DNA of 64,000 nucleotides from Escherichia coli (GTDB lineage Bacteria; Pseudomonadota; Gammaproteobacteria; Enterobacterales; Enterobacteriaceae): NCBI RefSeq assembly GCF_044324875.1, contig NZ_CP172185.1; one strand, 5' to 3'. Shown piece by piece: positions 54,975 to 64,000 of this stretch (position 1 is its first letter; each line of letters starts with the position of its first letter). The notes under the pieces were generated by a model. It saw only the letters and a program-made list of their open reading frames with translations, ran no database searches and was not told where the DNA came from. The position numbers and the translations under genes were made by a program.

Positions 54975-57707
54975 ATGATCCAGATTGATTTAGCCACGCT
55001 GGTAAAGCGGCTTAACCCCTTTGCAAAACAGGCGCTGGAAATGGCTGCCTCGGAGTGTATGAGCCAGCAGGCCAGTGAGATCACCGTTGCCCATATGCTG
55101 TTGCAGATGCTGGTTATCCCGCGCAGCGACGTAAGGGTGATTGCCGAACGCACAGGCATCAGTGCGGAGGATTTACGCCAGGCGCTGACCGTGGAGAGTT
55201 ATCCCGGCGGACGTTCCGCCGAAGGCTATCCCAGCTTCTCCCCGATGCTGATCGAATGGCTCAAGGAGTCATGGCTGCTGGCCTCAGCCCAGATGCAGCA
55301 CAGCGAACTGCGCAGCGGCGTCCTGCTGCTTACTCTGCTGCATTCACCGCTGCGCTATATTCCACCCGCTGCTGCCCGTCTGCTGACGGCCATAAACCGT
55401 GACCAGTTACAGCAGGATTTCACCGCATGGACAAAAGAATCCGCCGAATCCGTGGATCTGGCTGGTGGGCAAGCGTTCCGTGCAACAGAAACCGGCGACA
55501 CCCTGCTTGCCCGCTATGCCAAAAATATGACCGAAGACGCCCGTAACGGAAAACTCGATCCGGTACTGTGCCGCGACCACGAAATCGATTTGATGATCGA
55601 CATTCTCTGCCGCCGTCGTAAAAATAACCCGGTGGTAGTGGGCGAAGCGGGCGTGGGCAAAAGCGCACTGATTGAAGGGCTGGCGCTGCGCATCGTGGCA
55701 GGCCAGGTGCCGGACAAGCTGAAAAACACCGATATCATGACCCTTGACCTGGGCGCATTGCAGGCCGGAGCGTCGGTGAAGGGCGAATTCGAAAAACGTT
55801 TCAAAGGGCTGATGGCGGAGGTCATTTCCTCCCCGGTGCCGATCATTCTGTTTATCGACGAAGCGCATACCCTGATTGGCGCGGGCAACCAGCAGGGCGG
55901 GCTGGATATCTCCAACCTGCTCAAACCGGCGCTGGCGCGTGGCGAACTGAAAACCATCGCCGCCACAACCTGGAGCGAATACAAAAAATACTTCGAAAAA
56001 GACGCTGCCTTATCGCGCCGCTTCCAGTTAGTTAAGGTCAGCGAACCTAACGCTGCCGAAGCGACGATTATTCTGCGTGGCCTGTCGGCGGTCTATGAAC
56101 AGTCTCACGGTGTGCTGATTGACGATGAGGCCTTACAAGCCGCAGCAACACTGAGCGAGCGTTATCTCTCCGGACGTCAGTTGCCGGACAAAGCGATTGA
56201 TGTGCTGGACACCGCCTGCGCCCGCGTGGCAATCAACCTTTCTTCGCCGCCGAAACAGATTTCGGCGCTGGCCACGTTAAGCCAGCAGCAGGAGACGGAA
56301 ATCCGCCAGCTTGAGCGCGAAAGGCGTATCGGGCTGCGTACCGATACCGCCCGGATGACGGAAGTGCTGGTGCAGTACGATGAAACACTGACGGCGCTGG
56401 ATGAACTGGAAGCCGCCTGGCACCAGCAACAGGCGCTGGTACAGGAGATTATTACGCTACGCCAGCAGTTACTGGGCGTTGCAGAGGACACAGATGCCGT
56501 AGTGGATACGCCGCCAGAGTCAGAACAGGATAATACTGGTGCCATACCGGCTGATGAAGCTGGCAGCGTACAGCCGGAAGAGACCGCTGAAACAGTTTCC
56601 CCGGTACAGCGGCTGGCACAGCTTACTGCCGAACTGGACGCCCTGCATAACGATCGGTTGCTGGTCTCTCCGCATGTCGATAAAAAACAGATTGCGGCGG
56701 TAATTGCCGAATGGACTGGTGTTCCGCTTAACCGCCTGTCGCAGAATGAAATGTCGGTCATCACCGACCTGCCGAAGTGGCTTGGTGACACCATCAAAGG
56801 CCAGGACCTGGCGATTGCCAGCCTGCATAAACACCTGCTGACCGCACGCGCCGACCTGCGCCGTCCGGGACGCCCGCTTGGCGCGTTTCTGCTGGCTGGT
56901 CCCAGTGGCGTGGGTAAAACCGAAACCGTCCTGCAACTGGCAGAGCTGCTCTACGGCGGTCGCCAGTACCTGACCACCATCAATATGTCCGAGTTCCAGG
57001 AGAAGCACACCGTCTCGCGGCTGATTGGTTCCCCTCCGGGCTATGTCGGCTATGGCGAAGGCGGCGTGCTGACTGAGGCCATCCGCCAGAAACCCTACTC
57101 GGTGGTACTTCTCGATGAAGTGGAAAAAGCGCACCCGGATGTGCTCAACCTGTTCTACCAGGCGTTTGACAAGGGCGAGATGGCGGACGGCGAGGGCCGC
57201 CTGATTGACTGTAAAAACATCGTCTTCTTCCTCACCTCCAACCTCGGCTATCAGGTGATTGTCGAACACGCCGATGACCCGGAAACCATGCAGGAAGCCC
57301 TGTATCCGGTGCTGGCAGACTTCTTTAAACCCGCCCTGCTGGCGCGTATGGAAGTGGTGCCATACCTGCCGCTGTCGAAAGCGACGCTCGCTACCATTAT
57401 TGCCGGGAAACTGGCCCGCCTGGATAACGTGCTGCGCAGCCGCTTTGGTGCGGACGTGATTATTGAACCGGAAGTGACGGACGAAATCATGAGCCGCGTC
57501 ACCCGCGCGGAAAACGGCGCGAGGATGCTCGAATCGGTCATTGACGGCGACATGCTGCCGCCGCTCTCGCTGCTGCTGTTGCAGAAAATGGCGGCTAACA
57601 CGGCGATTGCCCGGATTCGCCTGTCGGTGGCAGACGGTGCATTCACAGCAGACGTGGAAGATGTTCTGAACGACGAGTCCGTCACAGAGGATGAAACGGT
57701 TTTATGA
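54975..57707 (+). CDS. tssH: T6SS AAA+ ATPase ClpV (sheath disassembly)
   Basis: 910-aa ORF with two Walker A motifs (GEAGVGKSA and GPSGVGKTE) and ClpB-like N-domain. Confidence 0.95.
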   Translation: MIQIDLATLVKRLNPFAKQALEMAASECMSQQASEITVAHMLLQMLVIPRSDVRVIAERTGISAEDLRQALTVESYPGGRSAEGYPSFSPMLIEWLKESWLLASAQMQHSELRSGVLLLTLLHSPLRYIPPAAARLLTAINRDQLQQDFTAWTKESAESVDLAGGQAFRATETGDTLLARYAKNMTEDARNGKLDPVLCRDHEIDLMIDILCRRRKNNPVVVGEAGVGKSALIEGLALRIVAGQVPDKLKNTDIMTLDLGALQAGASVKGEFEKRFKGLMAEVISSPVPIILFIDEAHTLIGAGNQQGGLDISNLLKPALARGELKTIAATTWSEYKKYFEKDAALSRRFQLVKVSEPNAAEATIILRGLSAVYEQSHGVLIDDEALQAAATLSERYLSGRQLPDKAIDVLDTACARVAINLSSPPKQISALATLSQQQETEIRQLERERRIGLRTDTARMTEVLVQYDETLTALDELEAAWHQQQALVQEIITLRQQLLGVAEDTDAVVDTPPESEQDNTGAIPADEAGSVQPEETAETVSPVQRLAQLTAELDALHNDRLLVSPHVDKKQIAAVIAEWTGVPLNRLSQNEMSVITDLPKWLGDTIKGQDLAIASLHKHLLTARADLRRPGRPLGAFLLAGPSGVGKTETVLQLAELLYGGRQYLTTINMSEFQEKHTVSRLIGSPPGYVGYGEGGVLTEAIRQKPYSVVLLDEVEKAHPDVLNLFYQAFDKGEMADGEGRLIDCKNIVFFLTSNLGYQVIVEHADDPETMQEALYPVLADFFKPALLARMEVVPYLPLSKATLATIIAGKLARLDNVLRSRFGADVIIEPEVTDEIMSRVTRAENGARMLESVIDGDMLPPLSLLLLQKMAANTAIARIRLSVADGAFTADVEDVLNDESVTEDETVL

Positions 57708-58447
57708 GCAGGTTGCGCGTTTTCCTGCAGACAGGATGGTTTATCGCGGGCCTGATGGCGGGCTTACCCGCCAGTGCCGCGCCCGCAGAAACATCGTCAA
57801 TGGCCGGTGTGGCGGTAGCCGCTGCAACAGCGACACCTTCGGATGCGGCAGCCACGTTACAGTCCATGCGGTCCTGTCGGCGGGAGCCTGCGGCGCTGGA
57901 GCGGCTTGACTGTTATGACCGCATTCTTTCGCCAGAGCAGCCAGCCTTTGGTGGGGCTGCACTGGTGAAAGCCCGTTACCAGGGCGAAGCCTGGACCCGC
58001 GCCACAGAGCAGGAAAAACGCCGCCAGGGCAATACCACAGGGCTGCTGGTGACGCAGGTGCCGGGTGAACGCCCGACGGTAGTGATAACCACCCCGGCTA
58101 TCGGCCATGTTCCGCCGCGCCCGGTGCTGATGTTCAGTTGCGTGGACAATATCACCCGGATGCAGGTGGCGCTGATGCACCCTCTGGATGTCCATGATAT
58201 CGCCGTCACCCTGAATGCCGACAGCCGGGCATTACGCAGCCACTGGTTTGTGCGCGAGAACGGCACCCTGCTGGAGTCCAGCCGGGGGTTATCCGGTATC
58301 GATGAAATTAAGCAACTGTTCGGCGCAAAAACGCTGACGGTGGATACCGGCACAGACAACGCCGCCGGAAAGCTGACCTTTAACATTGACGGGCTGGCAC
58401 GGGTTATTGCGCCGCTACGCGACGCCTGCCACTGGGCGGGAGAATAA
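57704..58447 (+). CDS. T6SS-associated secreted protein (VasI-like)
   Basis: 247-aa ORF with signal peptide, positioned between clpV and tssA as in vas-type clusters. Confidence 0.5.
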   Translation: MSRLRVFLQTGWFIAGLMAGLPASAAPAETSSMAGVAVAAATATPSDAAATLQSMRSCRREPAALERLDCYDRILSPEQPAFGGAALVKARYQGEAWTRATEQEKRRQGNTTGLLVTQVPGERPTVVITTPAIGHVPPRPVLMFSCVDNITRMQVALMHPLDVHDIAVTLNADSRALRSHWFVRENGTLLESSRGLSGIDEIKQLFGAKTLTVDTGTDNAAGKLTFNIDGLARVIAPLRDACHWAGE

Positions 58448-58451
58448 GAAT

Positions 58452-59894
58452 ATGGCAATGGACTTACGTAATCCCGATGTATGGCTTGCACACCTGCTGG
58501 AAAACCTGCCGGAAGATAAGCTGTCCGCCGCGCTTGATGATGGCAATGCAGACTGGGAGTTTGTCGACAGCGAAATCGTCAAGCTCGGTTCACTGGCGCA
58601 CAGCCAGCTTGATATCCCGGAACTTCAGCGCCGGGGCCTGATGCTTCTGGCCTCAGAAACCAAAGATTTTCGCCTGCTGGCCCACCTGCTGCGTACCCTG
58701 CAACATGCCGGTGATATTCTGCTGGCCTCCAGGATGCTGGCACAATATACAGAACACTACTGGACATGCGCCGCACCGCAGAACATGGCCCACAAAAAAC
58801 GCTTTGCCGCCCAGGTGATAAAACGCTTTGAGTCTGCCGTTCAGGACTTTGCCGGGAATGCTGCGACAATACAGCGCGATGCTTTGCTGGGAGAGCTGGC
58901 AAAACTGGCACAGTGCTGGCAGGCGCACAACGCTCCTGAGCTGGCTAAGGCGACAGACGATTTATTTGCCCTGTTTCAGCGCGCGTTTCGTGATGTAGCG
59001 CCTGAAATGCCATCATCTGCACGAACCGCCGCCATTGCGCCGCAGGCCACAGCCGGATCTGTACCGGATATGTCACCGCACACGGTTGCCGCTCAGCCTC
59101 CTGTTGCAGCCACTCCAATCCCGCAGGTCACTGTTGACAGCCACGACGATAAAGCATGGCGCGACACCCTGCTGAAGGTGGCCGCCATTCTCTGTGAGCG
59201 CCAGCCGGAGTCACCGCAGGGTTACCGACTGCGCCGCCATGCTCTGTGGCAGACCATCACCAGTACCCCGCAGGCAGAAAGCGATGGCCGGACCCCACTG
59301 GCAGCCTTCCCTGTCGATATGATGGATGATTACCTGGCGCGGCTGAACAATGCCGACATGGCGCTGTGGCAGCAGGTGGAAAAAAGCCTGCTGCTGGCCC
59401 CGTACTGGCTGGACGGTCATTACCTCTCAGCACAGACCGCGCTGCGCCTCGGTTATAAACAGGTGGCGGATGCTATCCGTGATGAAGTTACCGGTTTTCT
59501 GGCCCGCCTGCCCGCACTGATCAACCTGTTGTTTAACGACCGCACTCCGTTTGTGTCCGAACAGACGAAACAGTGGCTGGCATCATCCGGCTCAGTCAAC
59601 CAGACCGCCCCGGTTGTACAGACCGATGAAGAATTACAGGCGGCCAGGGCGTGCTTCGATGAAAACGGGCTGGAAGCCGCGCTGCGGTACCTGGAAAACC
59701 TGCCCGAAGGTGATCCCCGCCACCAGTTTCACCGCCAGTTTTTCGGCGCGCAGTTACTGGAAGAGGCCGGTATGGTTCAGCTTGCACAACAGCAGTACCG
59801 GATGCTCTTCAGAACAGGATTACACATGATGCTGTCCGAATGGGAACCGTCCCTGCTGGAAGCACTGGAACAAAAATTCACGGCAGAACAGTAA
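58452..59894 (+). CDS. tssA: T6SS cap protein TssA (ImpA N-domain family)
   Basis: ORF from MAMDLRNPDVWLAHLLENLPED..., positioned immediately upstream of tssM. Confidence 0.65.
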   Translation: MAMDLRNPDVWLAHLLENLPEDKLSAALDDGNADWEFVDSEIVKLGSLAHSQLDIPELQRRGLMLLASETKDFRLLAHLLRTLQHAGDILLASRMLAQYTEHYWTCAAPQNMAHKKRFAAQVIKRFESAVQDFAGNAATIQRDALLGELAKLAQCWQAHNAPELAKATDDLFALFQRAFRDVAPEMPSSARTAAIAPQATAGSVPDMSPHTVAAQPPVAATPIPQVTVDSHDDKAWRDTLLKVAAILCERQPESPQGYRLRRHALWQTITSTPQAESDGRTPLAAFPVDMMDDYLARLNNADMALWQQVEKSLLLAPYWLDGHYLSAQTALRLGYKQVADAIRDEVTGFLARLPALINLLFNDRTPFVSEQTKQWLASSGSVNQTAPVVQTDEELQAARACFDENGLEAALRYLENLPEGDPRHQFHRQFFGAQLLEEAGMVQLAQQQYRMLFRTGLHMMLSEWEPSLLEALEQKFTAEQ

Positions 59895-59913
59895 AAGATA
59901 ACAAGGAGTTACC

Positions 59914-62900
59914 GTGTTCAGATTTCCGACATCCCGACTGTTCAGCACGCTGAGATCTGCTCTCAGGCCAGCGATGCCGCGATTCAGGGTATCCGCCGCC
60001 TGGCTGCTGGCGCTGGCATGGATTTTTCTGCTGGTGTGGATCTGGTGGCAAGGTCCGAAATGGACGCTCTATGAGCAGCACTGGCTGGCTCCTCTAACAA
60101 ACCGCTGGCTGGCGACCGCCGTCTGGGGGCTTATCGCTCTGATCTGGCTCACCTGGCGGGTAATGAAGCGTCTGCAAAAGCTGGAAAAACAGCAGAAACA
60201 GCAGCGGGAGGAAGAAAAAGATCCGTTGACCGTGGAACTCCACCGCCAGCAGCAATATCTGGATCACTGGCTGCTGCGCCTGCGCCGCCATCTGGATAAC
60301 CGCCGTTATCTGTGGCAGTTGCCGTGGTATATGGTCATTGGTCCTGCGGGTAGCGGTAAAAGCGCTCTGCTGCGCGAGGGCTTTCCATCTGACATTATTT
60401 ACACGCCGGAAAGCATCCGGGGTACGGAATACCATCCGCTGATCACACCGCGAGTGGGCAACCAAGCGGTGATTTTCGATGTTGACGGCGTACTGACCTC
60501 GCCCGGCGGGGATGATCTGCTCCACCGCCGCCTGCGCGAACACTGGCTGGGCTGGCTGATGCAAACGCGCGCGCGCCAGCCGCTCAACGGCCTGATCCTG
60601 ACGCTCGATCTTCCCGATCTGCTGACGGCGGATAAATCCCGCCGTGAGACACTGGTACAAAATTTGCGCCAGCAACTTCAGGAGATCCGCCAGAGTCTGC
60701 ACTGCCGTCTGCCCGTTTACGTGGTGCTGACACGGCTGGATCTGCTGACCGGCTTTGCCGCGCTGTTCCATTCACTGGATAAAAAAGACCGCGATGCGAT
60801 CCTCGGCGTCACGTTTACCCGCCGCGCCCATGAAAGTGACGACTGGCGCAGCGAACTGGGGGCTTTCTGGCAGACGTGGGTACAACAGGTGAACCTGGCG
60901 CTGTCGGATCTGATGCTCGCACAAACCGGTGCTGCTCCCCGCAGCGCCGTGTTCAGCTTCTCCCGTCAGATGCAGGGAACAGGAGAAATCGTCACCGCAC
61001 TGCTCGCCGCATTGCTGGACGGTGAGAACATGGATGTAATGCTGCGTGGCGTCTGGCTCACATCATCGCTACAGCGTGGCCAGGTGGATGATATTTTCAC
61101 GCAGTCCGCCGCCCGCCAGTACGGGCTGGGTAACAGCTCGCTGGCAACCTGGCCTCTGGTGGAGACGACGCCGTATTTTACTCGCCGCCTCTTCCCTGAA
61201 GTCCTGCTGGCTGAGCCGAACCTGGCGGGTGAAAACAGCGTCTGGCTGAACAGCTCCCGGCGCAGGCTGACCGCCTTTTCCGCCTGTGGCGCGGCGCTGG
61301 CGGCATTGCTGGTCGGAAGCTGGCACCATTATTACAATCAGAACTGGCAGTCCGGCGTTAACGTACTGGCACAGGCTAAAGCCTTTATGGACGTACCACC
61401 ACCGCAAGGAACGGATGAATTCGGCAATCTGCAACTGTCGTTGCTTAATCCGGTACGCGATGCCACCCTGGCCTATGGCGATTACCGCGATCGCGGTTTT
61501 CTGGCGGATATGGGATTGTACCAGGGCGTCCGCGTAGGGCCGTATGTGGAGCAAACCTACATTCAGCTTCTTGAGCAGCGTTATCTCCCCTCGTTAATGA
61601 ACGGCCTGATCCGGGATCTAAACAATGCCCCGCCAGAGAGCGAAGAAAAGCTCGCCGTGCTGCGCGTACTGCGCATGATGGAAGACAAAAGTGGGCGCAA
61701 CAACGAGGCGGTAAAACAGTACATGGCGCGGCGCTGGAGCAATGAATTTCACGGCCAGCGCGATATTCAGGCGCAACTGATGGCGCATCTGGACTATGCG
61801 CTGGAGCACACCGACTGGCACGCGCAGCGCCAGAGCGGTGACAGCGATGCTGTCAGCCGCTGGACCCCCTATGATAAACCGGTCATTAATGCGCAGCAGG
61901 AACTGAGCAAGCTGCCCATATACCAGCGTGTCTACCAGACCCTGCGCACCAAAGCATTAAGCGTGTTGCCCGCCGATTTGAATTTGCGCGACCAGGTTGG
62001 TCCCACCTTCGACAACGTGTTCGTCGCCGGTAATGATGAAAAACTGGTGATCCCGCAGTTCCTCACCCGCTATGGACTGCAAAGCTATTTTGTCAAACAG
62101 CGTGAGGGCCTCGTTGAGCTGACCGCGCTGGATTCGTGGGTACTGAACCTGACGCAAAGCGTCGCCTACAGCGAGGCCGACCGTGAAGAGATCCAGCGCC
62201 ATATCACCGAACAGTACATCAGTGACTATACCGCCACCTGGCGTGCCGGAATGGATAACCTCAACGTCCGTGACTATGAGGCCATGTCGGCGCTGACCGA
62301 CGCGCTGGAGCAGATTATCAGCGGCGATCAGCCATTCCAGCGTGCGCTGACGGCGCTGCGCGATAATACCCACGCGCTGACGCTCTCCGGCAAACTGGAT
62401 GATAAGGCGAGGGAAGCGGCAATAAATGAGATGGATTACCGCCTGTTATCCCGGCTGGGGCATGAGTTCGCACCGGAAAACAGCGCACTGGAGGAGCAAA
62501 AGGACAAGGCGAGTACGCTACAGGCCGTGTACCAGCAACTGACCGAGCTGCACCGTTACCTGCTGGCGATCCAGAACTCGCCAGTGCCGGGGAAATCGGC
62601 GCTGAAAGCAGTACAGCTACGTCTGGATCAAAACAGCAGCGATCCAATCTTCGCTACCCGCCAGATGGCAAAAACTCTCCCTGCACCGCTTAACCGCTGG
62701 GTAGGTAAGCTCGCGGATCAGGCCTGGCATGTGGTGATGGTGGAAGCCGTTCGTTACATGGAAGTGGACTGGCGCGACAATGTAGTGAAACCCTTCAACG
62801 AGCAGCTTGCCGATAACTATCCGTTTAATCCGCGCGCCACACAGGATGCCTCACTGGATTCGTTTGAACGTTTCTTTAAACCGGATGGCATTCTGGACAA

Positions 62901-63441
62901 TTTCTACAAGAACAACCTGCGCCTGTTCCTTGAAAACGATCTGACCTTTGGCGACGACGGCAGAGTGTTAATCCGTGAAGATATCCGGCAGCAACTGGAT
63001 ACCGCGCAGAAAATCCGCGACATCTTCTTCAGCCAGCAGAACGGGCTGGGCGCACAGTTTGCCGTGGAAACCGTATCGCTTTCCGGCAATAAGCGGCGCA
63101 GCGTACTTAACCTGGACGGCCAGTTAGTGGACTACAGCCAGGGACGCAACTACACCGCCCATCTGGTCTGGCCGAACAACATGCGTGAAGGCAATGAAAG
63201 CAAGCTGACGCTGATTGGCACCAGCGGCAGAGCACCGCACAGTATCGCGTTCAGTGGACCGTGGGCGCAGTTCCGCCTGTTCGGCGCGGGCCAGTTGACC
63301 AATGTGACCAGTGACACCTTTAACGTGCGCTTTAACGTGGACGGCGGCGCAATGGTTTACCGGGTGCATGTGGATACCGAAGATAACCCGTTCACCGGCG
63401 GTCTGTTCAGCCTGTTCCGTTTACCGGATACGTTGTATTAA
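59914..63441 (+). CDS. tssM: T6SS membrane complex protein TssM (IcmF-like)
   Basis: 1175-aa ORF with N-terminal TM helices and Walker A (GPAGSGKSA). Confidence 0.9.
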   Translation: MFRFPTSRLFSTLRSALRPAMPRFRVSAAWLLALAWIFLLVWIWWQGPKWTLYEQHWLAPLTNRWLATAVWGLIALIWLTWRVMKRLQKLEKQQKQQREEEKDPLTVELHRQQQYLDHWLLRLRRHLDNRRYLWQLPWYMVIGPAGSGKSALLREGFPSDIIYTPESIRGTEYHPLITPRVGNQAVIFDVDGVLTSPGGDDLLHRRLREHWLGWLMQTRARQPLNGLILTLDLPDLLTADKSRRETLVQNLRQQLQEIRQSLHCRLPVYVVLTRLDLLTGFAALFHSLDKKDRDAILGVTFTRRAHESDDWRSELGAFWQTWVQQVNLALSDLMLAQTGAAPRSAVFSFSRQMQGTGEIVTALLAALLDGENMDVMLRGVWLTSSLQRGQVDDIFTQSAARQYGLGNSSLATWPLVETTPYFTRRLFPEVLLAEPNLAGENSVWLNSSRRRLTAFSACGAALAALLVGSWHHYYNQNWQSGVNVLAQAKAFMDVPPPQGTDEFGNLQLSLLNPVRDATLAYGDYRDRGFLADMGLYQGVRVGPYVEQTYIQLLEQRYLPSLMNGLIRDLNNAPPESEEKLAVLRVLRMMEDKSGRNNEAVKQYMARRWSNEFHGQRDIQAQLMAHLDYALEHTDWHAQRQSGDSDAVSRWTPYDKPVINAQQELSKLPIYQRVYQTLRTKALSVLPADLNLRDQVGPTFDNVFVAGNDEKLVIPQFLTRYGLQSYFVKQREGLVELTALDSWVLNLTQSVAYSEADREEIQRHITEQYISDYTATWRAGMDNLNVRDYEAMSALTDALEQIISGDQPFQRALTALRDNTHALTLSGKLDDKAREAAINEMDYRLLSRLGHEFAPENSALEEQKDKASTLQAVYQQLTELHRYLLAIQNSPVPGKSALKAVQLRLDQNSSDPIFATRQMAKTLPAPLNRWVGKLADQAWHVVMVEAVRYMEVDWRDNVVKPFNEQLADNYPFNPRATQDASLDSFERFFKPDGILDNFYKNNLRLFLENDLTFGDDGRVLIREDIRQQLDTAQKIRDIFFSQQNGLGAQFAVETVSLSGNKRRSVLNLDGQLVDYSQGRNYTAHLVWPNNMREGNESKLTLIGTSGRAPHSIAFSGPWAQFRLFGAGQLTNVTSDTFNVRFNVDGGAMVYRVHVDTEDNPFTGGLFSLFRLPDTLY

Positions 63442-63451
63442 GGGGATAGTG

Positions 63452-64000
63452 ATGAGCAATTACGCACTGACACAAACTATCGTTACCGGCAGCGATCCGC
63501 GCGCCCTGCCGGAGTTCAGCGCCATCCGCGAAGAAATTAACAAAGCTAACCACCCGTCACAGCCGGAGCTGAACTGGAAACTGGTGGAATCGCTGGCGCT
63601 GTCGATTTTTAAGGCCAACGGGGTGGATTTGCATACCGCCACCTACTATACGCTGGCGCGTACCCGTAATCAGGGGCTGGCAGGGTTCTGCGAAGGCTCG
63701 GAACTGCTGGCTGCGATGATCACCCACGAATGGGATAAATTCTGGCCGCAGGGTGGCCCGGCGCGGACTGAGATGCTGGACTGGTTCAATACCCGCACCG
63801 GGAATATTCTGCGCCAGCAGGTGTCCTTTTCCGAAAATGATCTGCCGTTGCTCTACCGCACGGAACGGGCTTTACAGCTTATTTGCGACAAACTCCAGCA
63901 GGTGGAACTGAAGCGCCAGCCGCGCGTGGAAAACCTGCTTTATTTTGTGCAGAACACACGCAAGCGGTTTGAGCCGCAGCCCGGAAACCGTACTGATACG
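63452..64000 (+). CDS. T6SS-associated ImpA-N-domain protein (VasL/TagA-like), 3' end outside the window
   Basis: Open frame from ATG at 63452 (MSNYALTQTIVTGSDPRALPEFSAIREEINKANHP...) continuing to the window edge. Confidence 0.45.
   Translation, partial: MSNYALTQTIVTGSDPRALPEFSAIREEINKANHPSQPELNWKLVESLALSIFKANGVDLHTATYYTLARTRNQGLAGFCEGSELLAAMITHEWDKFWPQGGPARTEMLDWFNTRTGNILRQQVSFSENDLPLLYRTERALQLICDKLQQVELKRQPRVENLLYFVQNTRKRFEPQPGNRTDT

Overview
This window reads as an Escherichia coli chromosomal segment, inverted relative to the K-12 map, running paoABCD - thrW - proBA - phoE - crl - frsA - gpt - pepD - prfH/rtcB - yafPON-dinB - Flag-2 deletion scar - rayT - yafL - yafK - yafJ - gmhA - fadE - ivy - yafV, followed from about 35.9 kb by a horizontally acquired type VI secretion system (T6SS) island that runs to the window end. 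All calls rest on reading the supplied ORF translations and the raw sequence by eye; no database search was run. The most interesting part is the AT-rich cargo segment between yafV and vgrG: a DUF4123-type adaptor, a 523-aa protein with no motif I recognise (candidate new T6SS effector), a 336-aa signal-peptide protein (candidate immunity), and two further small ORFs bracketed by an intact and a deleted H-repeat (ISAs1-family) element. The T6SS core itself (hcp, vgrG, tssA-M, clpV) is complete but belongs to a well-known family. Other notable departures from the K-12 arrangement: an intact rtcB-prfH pair with an extra membrane-protein gene; a yafO toxin gene with an in-frame amber codon beside an intact yafN; no dinJ-yafQ between yafK and yafL; an IS1397-like IS3-family element inserted in a REP palindrome; and only about 1.8 kb of degraded remnant (integrase 3' end fused to a truncated dehydrogenase gene) at the thrW tRNA where K-12 has a prophage. 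No CRISPR array and no rRNA were seen.
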